DNA of 64,000 nucleotides, from NCBI GenBank assembly GCA_964343205.1, contig CAYFID010000001.1, positions 10,835 to 74,834 on the forward strand, given 5' to 3'. Shown here in pieces: positions 1 through 9,940 of this stretch. This DNA comes from an uncultured Candidatus Poseidoniales archaeon. GTDB lineage: Archaea; Thermoplasmatota; Poseidoniia; Poseidoniales; Thalassarchaeaceae. Position 1 is the stretch's first letter, and each line of letters starts with the position of its first letter. The translations under genes and the position numbers were made by a program. The notes under the pieces were generated by a model. It was not told the DNA's origin, ran no database searches, and saw only the letters and a program-made list of their open reading frames with translations.

Positions 1-1
1 A

Positions 2-2032
2 TGTTCCGTTCATTGATCCCAATATCACCATCCCTTCGAGAGGTAAAACAGCGTGTACATCGTTTGCGCCTGTTAGTAGTCCGTCAATGTTCAGCATTCT
101 TTCACTGTTGAATGCCTCCATAGGTTGAGAAATTAGCAAATCCATGGTGACTTGGTGTAATCCCCCACCCATGCCTATCCATACATCGTCTGAACCCTGT
201 GCGGACTTCTCGACAACGATGGTGTTTACAGTTGCGGTTTTGGAAGAGTCGAGAATGTTCTGAGTGACAAAATCCTCTGCGTTGACCTTATCGAAAATCC
301 ACCATGGTTTTGCCGTGTCCTCGGATCCATCTGTTGTATTCCAACCAATTAGGCCGAAGTTAGTGCCTACGAACAATAGAGGGGTTCTTCCGAAGATCTT
401 GACGTGGGCAGCTGATGTTACCGAGGCATTGGACTTGGATAGTAGCGATGAAAGAGACTCAAGATGGATAAAGTTCGTATCGTCAATAATTGCTTCTTCG
501 CTCAATATCGTTTTCCAAGCACTCTGATCCCCCATAAGAAGAATATCTAAATCTATAGATTCTGACTGAAATACCATTATTTCCGAGATACTGCCGATGT
601 CCCTAGTTACCATGGACTCCATCACAGGTAACCCGTTTTCGAGAGGAATAGAGTGAAATCCAATATTTGACCCCAATAGAAGAAAAACCGAGCTTCCGAC
701 ATTTTGCCTGACCATTGTTTTCATCTCGATTCCCGGGGAGAGCTCGAATGAGGATGTAGTTCCCCTGAATGGATCCAGAACTGTGATTCCATATTTTGTG
801 CCGATCAGCAACCTCTCCCTAACTTGGTCAGAGATAATCGTGTGAACAGAAGAGTCGCCAAGTCTTATTGCCGTTGAGTGATCGAAGCTAATGAGTTCGC
901 TGTGACTAGACATCATTGCCCCCCTGACCCCAGGAATGACATGTCTAGAGTTATCGAAGTCTACCAAGAACTCCTCGAAGTTACTGAATGACTCGCCCCA
1001 TTGGGAAGTCCCAATGGTAACGTCTTGTGTAGTGAAACCGTCCCTATCGAAATCCCAACCATCAAAATCACTGTCGATGATTGCATCACTTGCATTTAAT
1101 GGATCAAGGCCATGGTGTGATTCCCAGCCATCTGGGATCCCATCGCCCAAAACTTCCAGGGGGGCGGGTGAAATCTCATCCCAGAAGAAAAAGTCAGAGT
1201 CGATGAATCTGGGGTCGCTTCCCATCCAGCCCGATAACCCGGTTGGTCTTTCAAACTGGGTTTGACAGGAGTCGTCTGTAAGTCCGTCAATTGTGCCCCA
1301 ACACCAAAGTCCATCCCGCTCAGTAATCCAATCATCCGGGGTCCCGAATAGATATTCCTCAGTGTTGGTGAACATTTCGCCGGTATCGATTATTCCGTCG
1401 CCGTTGAAGTCGAAGCCATCCCCGCAACCCCAGCTAAAGTCTGCTTCACATCTGTCGAAGTCAACGAAGGCATCACTAGCGTCCAATGGATCGAAATATC
1501 TGCATTCCCAGTAGTTATTGGGGTTCATCGGATCGTTTGGGTCCTTCGCGTATAATCCTCCAACTGTACACATATGAACTTCAAATCCATCTGGAATCCC
1601 GTCTCCGTCAGTATCGGCAACCCTAGGATCAAGGTATTCCCTCAGACCGGAATTTGTCTCTTCCGGGGCCTTCCCAGTTAGGCTATTTCTATCCTCGAAG
1701 CACTTGTCCAAAGTATAGGGCCAACAATACTCCTGTAGTGCTGTTAATCCATCTCTATCTAAATCGGTGATATTGTCGGTTGCATCCGATGGGTCGAGGC
1801 CATCTATTGCTTTCTGGAAAGTAGCATATTCAAGGTCCACTGGATTTCCAAATATTACTTCATAAAGGTCGGGAATTAGGTCTCCATCTTGGTCTGTAAC
1901 GGGGGATTCAGTTCCCTCAGCTAAATTAGGATCAGTGGATGAAACTGGCGACTGGGGGCGAGTTTGGGAAACAAACGCCAGGCTAGAAAGAACCAACAGA
2001 GAAACAAGCAAAGCTGTCTGTTTTCGACGCAT
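2..2032 (-). CDS. Secreted acidic surface protein with TSP3-like Ca-binding repeats followed by a beta-rich (propeller-like) region; partial, runs off the left edge
   Basis: Missing from the ORF track, which is consistent with no stop inside the window. Translated by hand from ATG 2032: MRRKQTALLVSLLVLSSLAFVSQ (signal peptide), DQDGDLIPDLYE, DLDRDGLTALQEY, DTDGDGIPDGFE, DGIPDGWESHHGLDP, later LLIGTKYGITVLD. Read by hand to about position 490. Confidence 0.85.
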   Translation of the reverse strand, partial: MRRKQTALLVSLLVLSSLAFVSQTRPQSPVSSTDPNLAEGTESPVTDQDGDLIPDLYEVIFGNPVDLEYATFQKAIDGLDPSDATDNITDLDRDGLTALQEYCWPYTLDKCFEDRNSLTGKAPEETNSGLREYLDPRVADTDGDGIPDGFEVHMCTVGGLYAKDPNDPMNPNNYWECRYFDPLDASDAFVDFDRCEADFSWGCGDGFDFNGDGIIDTGEMFTNTEEYLFGTPDDWITERDGLWCWGTIDGLTDDSCQTQFERPTGLSGWMGSDPRFIDSDFFFWDEISPAPLEVLGDGIPDGWESHHGLDPLNASDAIIDSDFDGWDFDRDGFTTQDVTIGTSQWGESFSNFEEFLVDFDNSRHVIPGVRGAMMSSHSELISFDHSTAIRLGDSSVHTIISDQVRERLLIGTKYGITVLDPFRGTTSSFELSPGIEMKTMVRQNVGSSVFLLLGSNIGFHSIPLENGLPVMESMVTRDIGSISEIMVFQSESIDLDILLMGDQSAWKTILSEEAIIDDTNFIHLESLSSLLSKSNASVTSAAHVKIFGRTPLLFVGTNFGLIGWNTTDGSEDTAKPWWIFDKVNAEDFVTQNILDSSKTATVNTIVVEKSAQGSDDVWIGMGGGLHQVTMDLLISQPMEAFNSERMLNIDGLLTGANDVHAVLPLEGMVILGSMNGT

Positions 2033-2205
2033 TCGCACACCGTATTGCAATTTTCTCGTCTTGATGGATTTATCATGCTGATGGAGCGCCGTTCGGACAT
2101 AGATCTTTGTACCAATGTCCGAGAGTCACGCGTTATAAGAAAATCACTATAATTGGGGTCAAGATTATGGATTGTTTCAAAGGGTGTTTAGATTCGGGTT
2201 TTGTC

Positions 2206-3012
2206 ATGAGTCTGGGGATTACGCATCTTGGTTCGGGAAGCAGGGGCAATGCAACTCTAATCACTTCGGATGATTGCAATGTTCTAGTCGATTGCGGATT
2301 CAGCCTTAGACAGACAGAGAAGCGGTTGAAAATAGCAGATGTCGAACCAAAATCAGTTGATTCAATAGTAGTGACACATCATCACAAAGATCACTCGGGT
2401 TCTGCACTTCAAGCCTCTAAGAAATGGGGAGCTACACTTCACTGTAACCTAGGAACCGCCAAAAGAATGGATTGGAGGCCGATTGAAGAGTGTACTACAT
2501 TCGGAAATCTTGAGAGGGTAGAGTTCTCATCCAAGATGAGCATGCTAGCAATTCCAGTACCACATGATGATGCGGACAATGTGGCTTTAATTGCGAGCGA
2601 TGGAGGAGGCAATAGAGCTGCAATTGTGACAGATTTAGGTGAAGCGCCCAAGGATTTAATCACTCATCTTTCAAGTTGCAACCATATTTCCATAGAGGCA
2701 AATTATGACCATTCAAGATTGATGGGGGGCCCATATCCTGATTCCTTGAAAAGGAGGATCTCCGGTAGAGGGGGGCATCTCTCAAATGCTCAGACGGGGA
2801 GGATTCTTCGTGAGGTCTGCAATCGGGATCTGCAAAGTTTGGTACTCTGCCATCTATCAGAAAAGAACAACGCCCCTCATTTAGCAGAAAGCGAGGTCCT
2901 GCATGCAATTGGCGATGCATTCGAAGGTAACGTATCGATTTCTAAGCAATCAGGACCGGAGTTCAGATACTGGACCGGACAGACAGAGCCCAGCAGCATG
3001 GCGACTGCATGA
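2206..3012 (+). CDS. Metallo-beta-lactamase fold hydrolase (YycJ/WalJ-like)
   Basis: GSGSRGN, LVDCG, THHHKDH (HxHxDH), PHD, TDLG, EANYD, GHLSN and LCHLSEKNN motifs. Start moved from 2107 to ATG 2206, 24 nt after a TTCAAA box. Confidence 0.85.
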   Translation: MSLGITHLGSGSRGNATLITSDDCNVLVDCGFSLRQTEKRLKIADVEPKSVDSIVVTHHHKDHSGSALQASKKWGATLHCNLGTAKRMDWRPIEECTTFGNLERVEFSSKMSMLAIPVPHDDADNVALIASDGGGNRAAIVTDLGEAPKDLITHLSSCNHISIEANYDHSRLMGGPYPDSLKRRISGRGGHLSNAQTGRILREVCNRDLQSLVLCHLSEKNNAPHLAESEVLHAIGDAFEGNVSISKQSGPEFRYWTGQTEPSSMATA

Positions 3013-5541
3013 TTACTTTCCCATTACTGCCCTATGAACCGAATTCTGGACTTCCCTCATTCTTCCAACGGCCCCCAGATCCCTAAATAATGACAAGGAT
3101 CTCTGAAGGTAGTTCATTCTCTGTGAACGATCGGATTCAACCTCTCCTAGCCTCGCCAGAAGCTCTCCCTGTAGCATCCGGAAGTCATTTGACTCAGCGA
3201 CTGCGAGCCCGTTAAGGTAATGCTCAGCGGCTTCGTCCCTCCTGCCAGCATCGATAAGGACCTGGCCCAAGAGCATCTCCACCTCTACTGCACTTTGGGG
3301 GTCATTTAAGTCGGACAGGGTTTCGAGAGCACCCGAATAGTGAAGAAGAGCAAGATCATTGTCGGAGACCTTAGCGTAATATCTCCCCAGAACAGCCCGT
3401 GATCTGGCATGTAAGAAATCCTGATCGGAGTCCTTGGTGTTCTCATAAGAAAATAGTGCATGCTCCCTAGCCCTGTCAAACTCTCCCATTTCGATGAATG
3501 CAGAGGCAAGTCTGATCCTTTCTTCATTTAGCTCTGGGACTTGTTCTTTTTCTAGAAGATCCTCCACATTTCCATAAACTTCGAGGGCTCGGCGCAAGTC
3601 TTTCCTCCTGCGGAAAATACTCCCCATGTTGTTGTAACTTCTAGCCGCACCAACGGCATCCCTGATGTCAATCTGAATTTTCAGAGCATTTCTATGTAGT
3701 TCTAGAGCATCCTCCATAGCACCACGCTTGACGGCGATATCCGCTCTAGCAGTCAAGAGGCGTGCAAGCTCACTACTTGGCTCTCTTCCTCCGAGGTGCT
3801 TGGTTGCAGAGTCGTACTCTTGCTCCGCCTCATCCCACCTTCCCTGTATGGTCAGGATATCCCCCCTTAGTTCCCTAATCAGACCCCAGCTTCTAGAGTC
3901 AAAATCAGCGCTTTCTAGTGAGTTGAGAATGGAAAGAAGTTCTGTGTGGCCCGAACTGATCAGGCCATGGCCCTCCGTTAGCAATACCTCGGCAAGGCCC
4001 TCTTCGTCACCAGTGTTCTTCAGGTGGTGGATGAATTCAATCCTATCTGCTGCGCTACCCTTCCTACCCCTATACCAATTTACAGCAGCGGAATGGAGAT
4101 CAATCTTCATGCCATCATCCATTGAGCGCATTAAGAATTCGCGGACCAAATCGTGGACGTCGAAATTGTCTGCGTCAGATTGACGCGCCAGGCCCTTCTC
4201 GACCAATTCGTCAAGAAGGTCGATTCCTCCTTCCACCTGTTGAATGGCTTGGATAGGAACTGGCTCACGGAATACCGCGATTGCACCAAGAAGTCTTTTC
4301 TCGGATCCGGAGAGTCTACTGAAAATCTCCTTTTCAACGAATGCTTCTAGGGTTGCGTGGAAGGTCTCTGCTACGTTCCCCCTGTTGATAAGTTCCAGAA
4401 TTAATGGATGGCCTCTGGAAAGCGAGTAAATATGAGAAAACTGATCTGTGTCCATTTTAGGCATTGCAGTTAGAATTTGTCTACTCGACGCTTCGTCTAG
4501 GCCCTGCAGAGGCATCACCAGTGTCACGATATTTCCAGATTGGTCTGATTCTGGGACAACCATCCTGAATGATCTTGAGAACATCACAAGTCCTACTTGC
4601 TTTAGATTGTGAATCCTGAGAGTTAGTTCCTTTAGAATTGAGTATAGGGTTTCGTCGCCCACCTTGTGTAAGTCGTCAATAACTATCAGAGAAGGGGATT
4701 CGGAGAGTCCGGCCTCAATCAGATTTACTGCCATGCTAGTCTGAGGAACTGCTGTTGAAGCTAGGTAGTCGGACAAGTCGTTGTGCCCGATTGAGGAAAG
4801 CCATTCCGCACATGCCTCCAGGAACGCCCTGGACCCCTCCCAATCCTGGCACCTATGGTAGATAAGGTTCCTTCTGTGAGTGAACCGGTCTAGAATTTTG
4901 GTCGATAGAGAAGTCTTCCCAATTCCAGCTATCCCTGGAACAAGGATGGAGGCAGACTTGGCATCAAGTAGATTGGCCATAATATCTAATTCCTCTTCTC
5001 TACCATAGAAGCGACGTGACCTGGGGAGGTCGTTCAAGTAAGACACTAGTTGCTTTTCAATGTGTTTTGATAGGTCTCTCTCAATCAACTCAGAAGTGAG
5101 TCCGGACAGGTCAATTGTTCCCGAATCTTCCATGTACCGCAGCATGTCGACGTGCCTTAGGGGGAGTTCTACTTCCTCTAATGCCTCAGAGAGGGTCATG
5201 GTCTCGGAACGCCCATCTGGATGAATAATCCTCACGGTACTCTCTGAGACTCGTGTCCAAATTTCATCTGCTACCTTTGCCCCTTCCTCTGTTAAGAAAT
5301 ATGCCTTTCTCTTCCTAGAAACACCAGTGACGTGTACCTGTCTTTCGATTAGTTGGCCTGCCTCCTTCATTCCTGAAATTGCCCTAGGAACGTTGGACCT
5401 TGCAATGGATACGGCATTTGCTATCCCCATCTGCGACAATGCAAAGGGGACCTCAACCTTGTCGCTATGATCGATATAATCGCTTAGATGAAGAAATATC
5501 CTCTCCTGAACACCCGGACGCGATGCCGCCATGGTAGCCAT
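3013..5541 (-). CDS. Winged-HTH / STAND (NB-ARC-like) NTPase / TPR-repeat regulator
   Basis: N-terminal wHTH (LSQMGIANAVSIARSNVPRAI...RKAYFLTEEG), FYGREEEL, Walker A GIAGIGKT, Walker B LIVIDDLH, GHPL motif, VHDLVREF, C-terminal TPR-like helices (ARSYNNMGSIF). Start could be 5550, 5541 or 5532. Confidence 0.85.
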   Translation of the reverse strand: MATMAASRPGVQERIFLHLSDYIDHSDKVEVPFALSQMGIANAVSIARSNVPRAISGMKEAGQLIERQVHVTGVSRKRKAYFLTEEGAKVADEIWTRVSESTVRIIHPDGRSETMTLSEALEEVELPLRHVDMLRYMEDSGTIDLSGLTSELIERDLSKHIEKQLVSYLNDLPRSRRFYGREEELDIMANLLDAKSASILVPGIAGIGKTSLSTKILDRFTHRRNLIYHRCQDWEGSRAFLEACAEWLSSIGHNDLSDYLASTAVPQTSMAVNLIEAGLSESPSLIVIDDLHKVGDETLYSILKELTLRIHNLKQVGLVMFSRSFRMVVPESDQSGNIVTLVMPLQGLDEASSRQILTAMPKMDTDQFSHIYSLSRGHPLILELINRGNVAETFHATLEAFVEKEIFSRLSGSEKRLLGAIAVFREPVPIQAIQQVEGGIDLLDELVEKGLARQSDADNFDVHDLVREFLMRSMDDGMKIDLHSAAVNWYRGRKGSAADRIEFIHHLKNTGDEEGLAEVLLTEGHGLISSGHTELLSILNSLESADFDSRSWGLIRELRGDILTIQGRWDEAEQEYDSATKHLGGREPSSELARLLTARADIAVKRGAMEDALELHRNALKIQIDIRDAVGAARSYNNMGSIFRRRKDLRRALEVYGNVEDLLEKEQVPELNEERIRLASAFIEMGEFDRAREHALFSYENTKDSDQDFLHARSRAVLGRYYAKVSDNDLALLHYSGALETLSDLNDPQSAVEVEMLLGQVLIDAGRRDEAAEHYLNGLAVAESNDFRMLQGELLARLGEVESDRSQRMNYLQRSLSLFRDLGAVGRMREVQNSVHRAVMGK

Positions 5542-5593
5542 GTCACTCAACCCTCAGGCCCACTCAATAATGTTAGTAGCATCTGGCAGCAAA

Positions 5594-8500
5594 TCATTCT
5601 TGGAAATCGGGATCCGGTACCCATTCCTCCGTGGAAGAGTCCCAAAGCCACCCCGGATGGTCATCATACTTCTCAAGACTAGTTTCTTTCTCAATATTAT
5701 CCCCGTACCCTTCTGGGATCTCCACAGGAGTCTTCCGTAAGTCCTCATCCTCGATTTCGATTCCTACGAAACCGCTGAAGTAGGCTAGAGCGGTAAGAGC
5801 GAGGACTGCTGAGAATGCTAAAACAATGATCATCGACCAGTTAGTGGAAGAATCCACTGGTTCTCCCTTGCTAATTGATTCGACGGTGGTTGTCTGGCCG
5901 CCATATGTGAATTGGGGAGTTGAAGAGTCTCCCTTAATCCTTGATCCTGGAATACCCAACTCCCATGTTCCGTCTTCTAATACAAGGGTAGTAGCGACTG
6001 GGACGCCTCCGATTGATACCGTGACCTGCTTTCCAGGCAGTCCTACGCCGGAGTAGATGGCATATTCTTCTTCATCAAACCAATTCTTTTCGGGTTCCTG
6101 GATGTAGAACTCAAGAGGAACTACGCGAAATGTCACAGGGTCAGAGTTTGCCCTAGAGTCCCATGCATCTGTGGCAATGAAAATTACATTGTTAAGTGTC
6201 CATGACTCGATATTATCGTCGAAGAACTGCATGTCAGCTGGATCGTATCGTGCTACCCCATCAGTTCCTACACCGACAACCAGGGCATGGCGGTCGTCAG
6301 TGTTAATCGATGTGTCATTGTAAACAGAGATAAACTGGATGTCATTATCCAAATCAGAGAAGAAATCCTTTAGATCTATCTCAACAGTTGTACACTTGTC
6401 TACGGAATTTGACTCTGTGTCGCAATATAGTATAATTTCGTTTTCCCAGCCTGTTGAGTCGAATGTCGGTTGGTTATTTCCTGCGTTGGGTGGATTGTCT
6501 GCGGTAATTGTTACCTCCACCCAGCCACTGAAGTCTATCCCATCGTAGGATCTGAACCTTAGCAGATACTCAGCATCATGGCGTAACTCAGTAGTGTCCC
6601 ATTTCATTTCCCATTCGCCGTCTTGGGTGAACTCACCAATGCTCTGCTCGAATACTGTCACGTAGTCGTTTGAGACATCCTTGACTTCTAGATCGACCCT
6701 AGTAACGATCCCGTCGAAATCCCTCGCAACACCTTGCAATATGGTTTCAGTAGACGTAGAAATTCTGGTTCCGGAGTATGGTTGGTTGACGCTGATTGTG
6801 GGTTGACTGTTCCGGTTGTCTATGGTCAAAGTGAGTATGACGGGTTGGCACTCATCCGTGAATCCGTTGCAAAAGTCTGAGTCGGATGCCCAGATTGTGA
6901 ACGTGTATGTCGATAGGTCTCTGGGCCTAGATCCGAAGTCCCACGTCCATTCCCAAGTTCCGTCCTCGTTCGACTCAACTGGAGTGGTAACCTGGTAGTT
7001 CGGGCCCTCAATCAACATATACACCAAACCGATGTCTTTGTTGCATTCAGATGGGCAACCATATGGGTCCTGAGCATATCCTTCGAAAACCACTTCGCCG
7101 CTGTCGTGAGAAGAGAATGAGCTGGGTGAATTGACGAAAATACTTGGAGGCTGGGTGTTGAGTTTTATTGTCCTCGACACCACTGGACTGAAGTCTATCC
7201 CATCGTAGGATCTGAACTCAAAGGTATAGTCCCCTTCCCCTGCCAAACCGGTTAGATCTATTTCATAATACCATGTTCGGAAAGGTCGGTTGTGCCTAGT
7301 TACCTCTCCCTCGGAAGCACCGCTAGTGTCGATAGCAAGCTCTGCGTCCTCCCAAGAGCTTGTGAACGGGTTCTTCACTTGCACGGAGTGAACGTACCCT
7401 CCTTGGTCCCACTGAGCCAACTCGTCTGTGGCATAGCTGTTTGCCAACTGACCGTCATGGGCACTACCGGTGATGTTTACAACACGCCGGAAGGAGTGAC
7501 CATTATCTTGAGTAACCATCACCTTCGGTGCTACGTTCTCCAAGTGTGCAGTTTCCTGCAAAGAGGCCTCTTCTAGGGTGAATTCGCCATTATAGTACCC
7601 ATAACCGAACCTATAGGCAGTGTACCTGTAGAGGGACATCTCCCTGGTCCCAGCCGAGTAGTCGCAGCTTGGATCATTGGTGTCAATGACCAAATCTCCG
7701 TCATTGTCTATCCCATCAGAGCATGAGTCTTCGTACTCATCATCAGCGAATCCATCAGGATTGTCTCCGCCTCCGAGACCTCTGAAGTCAAGATGGAAGT
7801 TTGATGGTAGAGCAATCCAAGGAGTGAAGCCATCAGTTCCAGTGTTTACTCGGTACAGGTCGTTCCCCATAGCGTCCTCTACCAGTACCATAGCATCGCT
7901 TACCTTTTCACCGTTTATCAGAGCTTGAAATCTAACCAGCTCCGCCCTACTGACCTGGACGGCGAAGTGGGTGGGCTGAGTAGCAATCTTGACCTTTGAA
8001 AGATCAAGGTTAGTTAGGTCTGCGAAAGTGAACACTGTGGAGTTGTTATCCATGCTAACACCAAGAGGGAAGTTTCTGGGAGTCATGTTTTGACAATTGT
8101 TGCAGTCCTTAACCGGAGTGGGGATAATCGCCCCTTGGAAACCGTTCTCAGGCCATGCCTCTTGGTCTGGCCAATAAAGACGAACGGGATATTCTCCCGA
8201 CGGTGGAGAGGGTATGTACTCAGATTGGGCCGTTACTGAGCTCTTGGTGATGTTGTAAGTTGTCTCGACTTGGTGCCAGTCATTATCTGAGAAGTACCCC
8301 AGAGAGCCAAATTGCTGGGAATCTGAGTAACCGCTGTCATAATTCTTGATTACTGCTCCGGTCTTCGGGACGTCAAAGGAGTTTCTCTGTATATCGAGAA
8401 GAGACCCGATGGCCCTTATACCATCTGAACTTCCGCTAGCTGTAATGACATTGTCATACATTGTTACCCCCGTGACGTAGGCATGAACAACTGGACACGG

Positions 8501-9862
8501 GAATTGCCCGCCCCAGTGAGTATTGCTGTTGCAAGTCCCAGTTCCGTCATATGAAATGGAGTTGTTTGCTAGTAATACCCTCGATGCAGATCTCATCCCT
8601 CCACCAGAGTAATACCCTGCACTCACGGGAGTTAGGGTTGTCTCGAAAATTGAGTTGTTCTCTGCAACAACATCGAATGAGCCCACGAGCCAAAGTCCGA
8701 AGTAGCCGCCTACAGGCCCGATCGCGTTTTCGTGAATTTGTGCCTCGCTGTTGTAAATAACGATGCCTGACCCCCCACCAGCGCCTTCAATGTCGTTGTT
8801 CATCAGAGTAACTAATGCTCCTGCCGCTGCGTAAATACCATGACCCTCTACGGTTGTGATTTCGTTGTTGGAGACATCGAAACCGAAAGATGTCGAGCCT
8901 ACGGCCTTCTTTCCGTTGAAGTCCAAGCCGTTGCAGTTGACGTTCATCACAGTGTTTGTTACACTCCCTGCTGACGTCCAGAGGCCTATTCCGAAGTCTC
9001 CAGATAAGATCTCGGCGTTATCAATCTCTATGAAAGAGTCCTCGGCCCAAATCGTGGCCCTTCCACCATCACGATTACCGCATCCATTATCTGTCCCAGT
9101 TAATGTGATGTCGGATAGCAAGAATGGGCTAACTGAAGAGCCAGATGAGTAGATTTGTAGTGCTGCTCCAACTATGCTTCTACTCTCATCCACCCCAACG
9201 GCGAATTGGCCTCCATTGAATGTCGGCTGGGCTAGATTAGTTGTTAGCACGCTTGAAGTGTTTACCTGGCTGAAAGATAACTCGGTGAGAGTGGGGCTAG
9301 CCCCGTCAAGAACGAGTGCCGCGTAGCGGAACTCCCCTACTGCTGAGATGTAATGCGGAACTCCCCACGCACCCTCGAACGAAACGTACCTCAACTCAGT
9401 CTGGGACAGATCGATGGAGCTCCTCATTAGAATGCCCTCATTGCAGGAAGGATCATCGATCCAAATCTCCTGATTGCCATAGCTCATCCCATAGCATTCC
9501 CCTGTTGCACTTCCGTTCTCAGGGTCCTGCCATGTTAGAGTGATTTGCATCGCAGGGCCCCCGTTGGAGGAGGCGCCACAAGATGAGGCCCCGGCACAAA
9601 GGCTCCCGCGAACATCAAGGTGAGTCCCGTTCTGGAAGACAATAGTTGCTCCGGGATTGATGATCAGCTTAGCCCCGGGTGCAACAGTTACGTCGCCCGA
9701 GAGGGTGTGGACTCCGGCCCAGGTTTCTGTTCCGGTAATGGTGCCCTGGGTGGTTTCGTTTGAAGCAATGGCCGTGCCGGCGGGCAAAGCAAGCGAGAGT
9801 AAAATACTGAGCAAAAATAATGCCGTCAATGAAAGGGACCTTGGTCTTCCGTCCCGCGCCAT
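5594..9862 (-). CDS. Large secreted, membrane-anchored protein: right-handed beta-helix, Ig-like domains, C-terminal TM and Trp-rich tail
   Basis: Signal peptide after MARDGRPRS; TLSGDVTVAPGAKLIINPGATIVF start; beta-helix rungs (SNNEIT, MNNDIE, HENAIG, ENNSIF); CSDGIDNDGDLVID loop; Ig-like repeats; TM segment near the C-terminus. Start moved to ATG 9862. Confidence 0.8.
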   Translation of the reverse strand: MARDGRPRSLSLTALFLLSILLSLALPAGTAIASNETTQGTITGTETWAGVHTLSGDVTVAPGAKLIINPGATIVFQNGTHLDVRGSLCAGASSCGASSNGGPAMQITLTWQDPENGSATGECYGMSYGNQEIWIDDPSCNEGILMRSSIDLSQTELRYVSFEGAWGVPHYISAVGEFRYAALVLDGASPTLTELSFSQVNTSSVLTTNLAQPTFNGGQFAVGVDESRSIVGAALQIYSSGSSVSPFLLSDITLTGTDNGCGNRDGGRATIWAEDSFIEIDNAEILSGDFGIGLWTSAGSVTNTVMNVNCNGLDFNGKKAVGSTSFGFDVSNNEITTVEGHGIYAAAGALVTLMNNDIEGAGGGSGIVIYNSEAQIHENAIGPVGGYFGLWLVGSFDVVAENNSIFETTLTPVSAGYYSGGGMRSASRVLLANNSISYDGTGTCNSNTHWGGQFPCPVVHAYVTGVTMYDNVITASGSSDGIRAIGSLLDIQRNSFDVPKTGAVIKNYDSGYSDSQQFGSLGYFSDNDWHQVETTYNITKSSVTAQSEYIPSPPSGEYPVRLYWPDQEAWPENGFQGAIIPTPVKDCNNCQNMTPRNFPLGVSMDNNSTVFTFADLTNLDLSKVKIATQPTHFAVQVSRAELVRFQALINGEKVSDAMVLVEDAMGNDLYRVNTGTDGFTPWIALPSNFHLDFRGLGGGDNPDGFADDEYEDSCSDGIDNDGDLVIDTNDPSCDYSAGTREMSLYRYTAYRFGYGYYNGEFTLEEASLQETAHLENVAPKVMVTQDNGHSFRRVVNITGSAHDGQLANSYATDELAQWDQGGYVHSVQVKNPFTSSWEDAELAIDTSGASEGEVTRHNRPFRTWYYEIDLTGLAGEGDYTFEFRSYDGIDFSPVVSRTIKLNTQPPSIFVNSPSSFSSHDSGEVVFEGYAQDPYGCPSECNKDIGLVYMLIEGPNYQVTTPVESNEDGTWEWTWDFGSRPRDLSTYTFTIWASDSDFCNGFTDECQPVILTLTIDNRNSQPTISVNQPYSGTRISTSTETILQGVARDFDGIVTRVDLEVKDVSNDYVTVFEQSIGEFTQDGEWEMKWDTTELRHDAEYLLRFRSYDGIDFSGWVEVTITADNPPNAGNNQPTFDSTGWENEIILYCDTESNSVDKCTTVEIDLKDFFSDLDNDIQFISVYNDTSINTDDRHALVVGVGTDGVARYDPADMQFFDDNIESWTLNNVIFIATDAWDSRANSDPVTFRVVPLEFYIQEPEKNWFDEEEYAIYSGVGLPGKQVTVSIGGVPVATTLVLEDGTWELGIPGSRIKGDSSTPQFTYGGQTTTVESISKGEPVDSSTNWSMIIVLAFSAVLALTALAYFSGFVGIEIEDEDLRKTPVEIPEGYGDNIEKETSLEKYDDHPGWLWDSSTEEWVPDPDFQE
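6527..6557. repeat. 31-bp exact direct repeat, copy 1
   Basis: ACTGAAGTCTATCCCATCGTAGGATCTGAAC, identical at 7187-7217; encodes FRSYDGIDFS on the minus strand. Confidence 0.9.
7187..7217. repeat. 31-bp exact direct repeat, copy 2
   Basis: Identical to 6527-6557, offset by 660 bp. Confidence 0.9.
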
Positions 9863-9940
9863 ATGCCTTGGACTCCATCCAGCCAATTTAACCATAGGGA
9901 CGACGAGTATCATCCTTAAGCATAGATTTCGATAGGAAAA

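Noticed and set aside
3013..5541. STAND-TPR protein as an Avs antiviral system
   Set aside because: No nuclease, TIR, SIR2 or protease effector and no defence-island context; the N-terminus is a wHTH, so a regulator is more parsimonious. Defence is not fully excluded.
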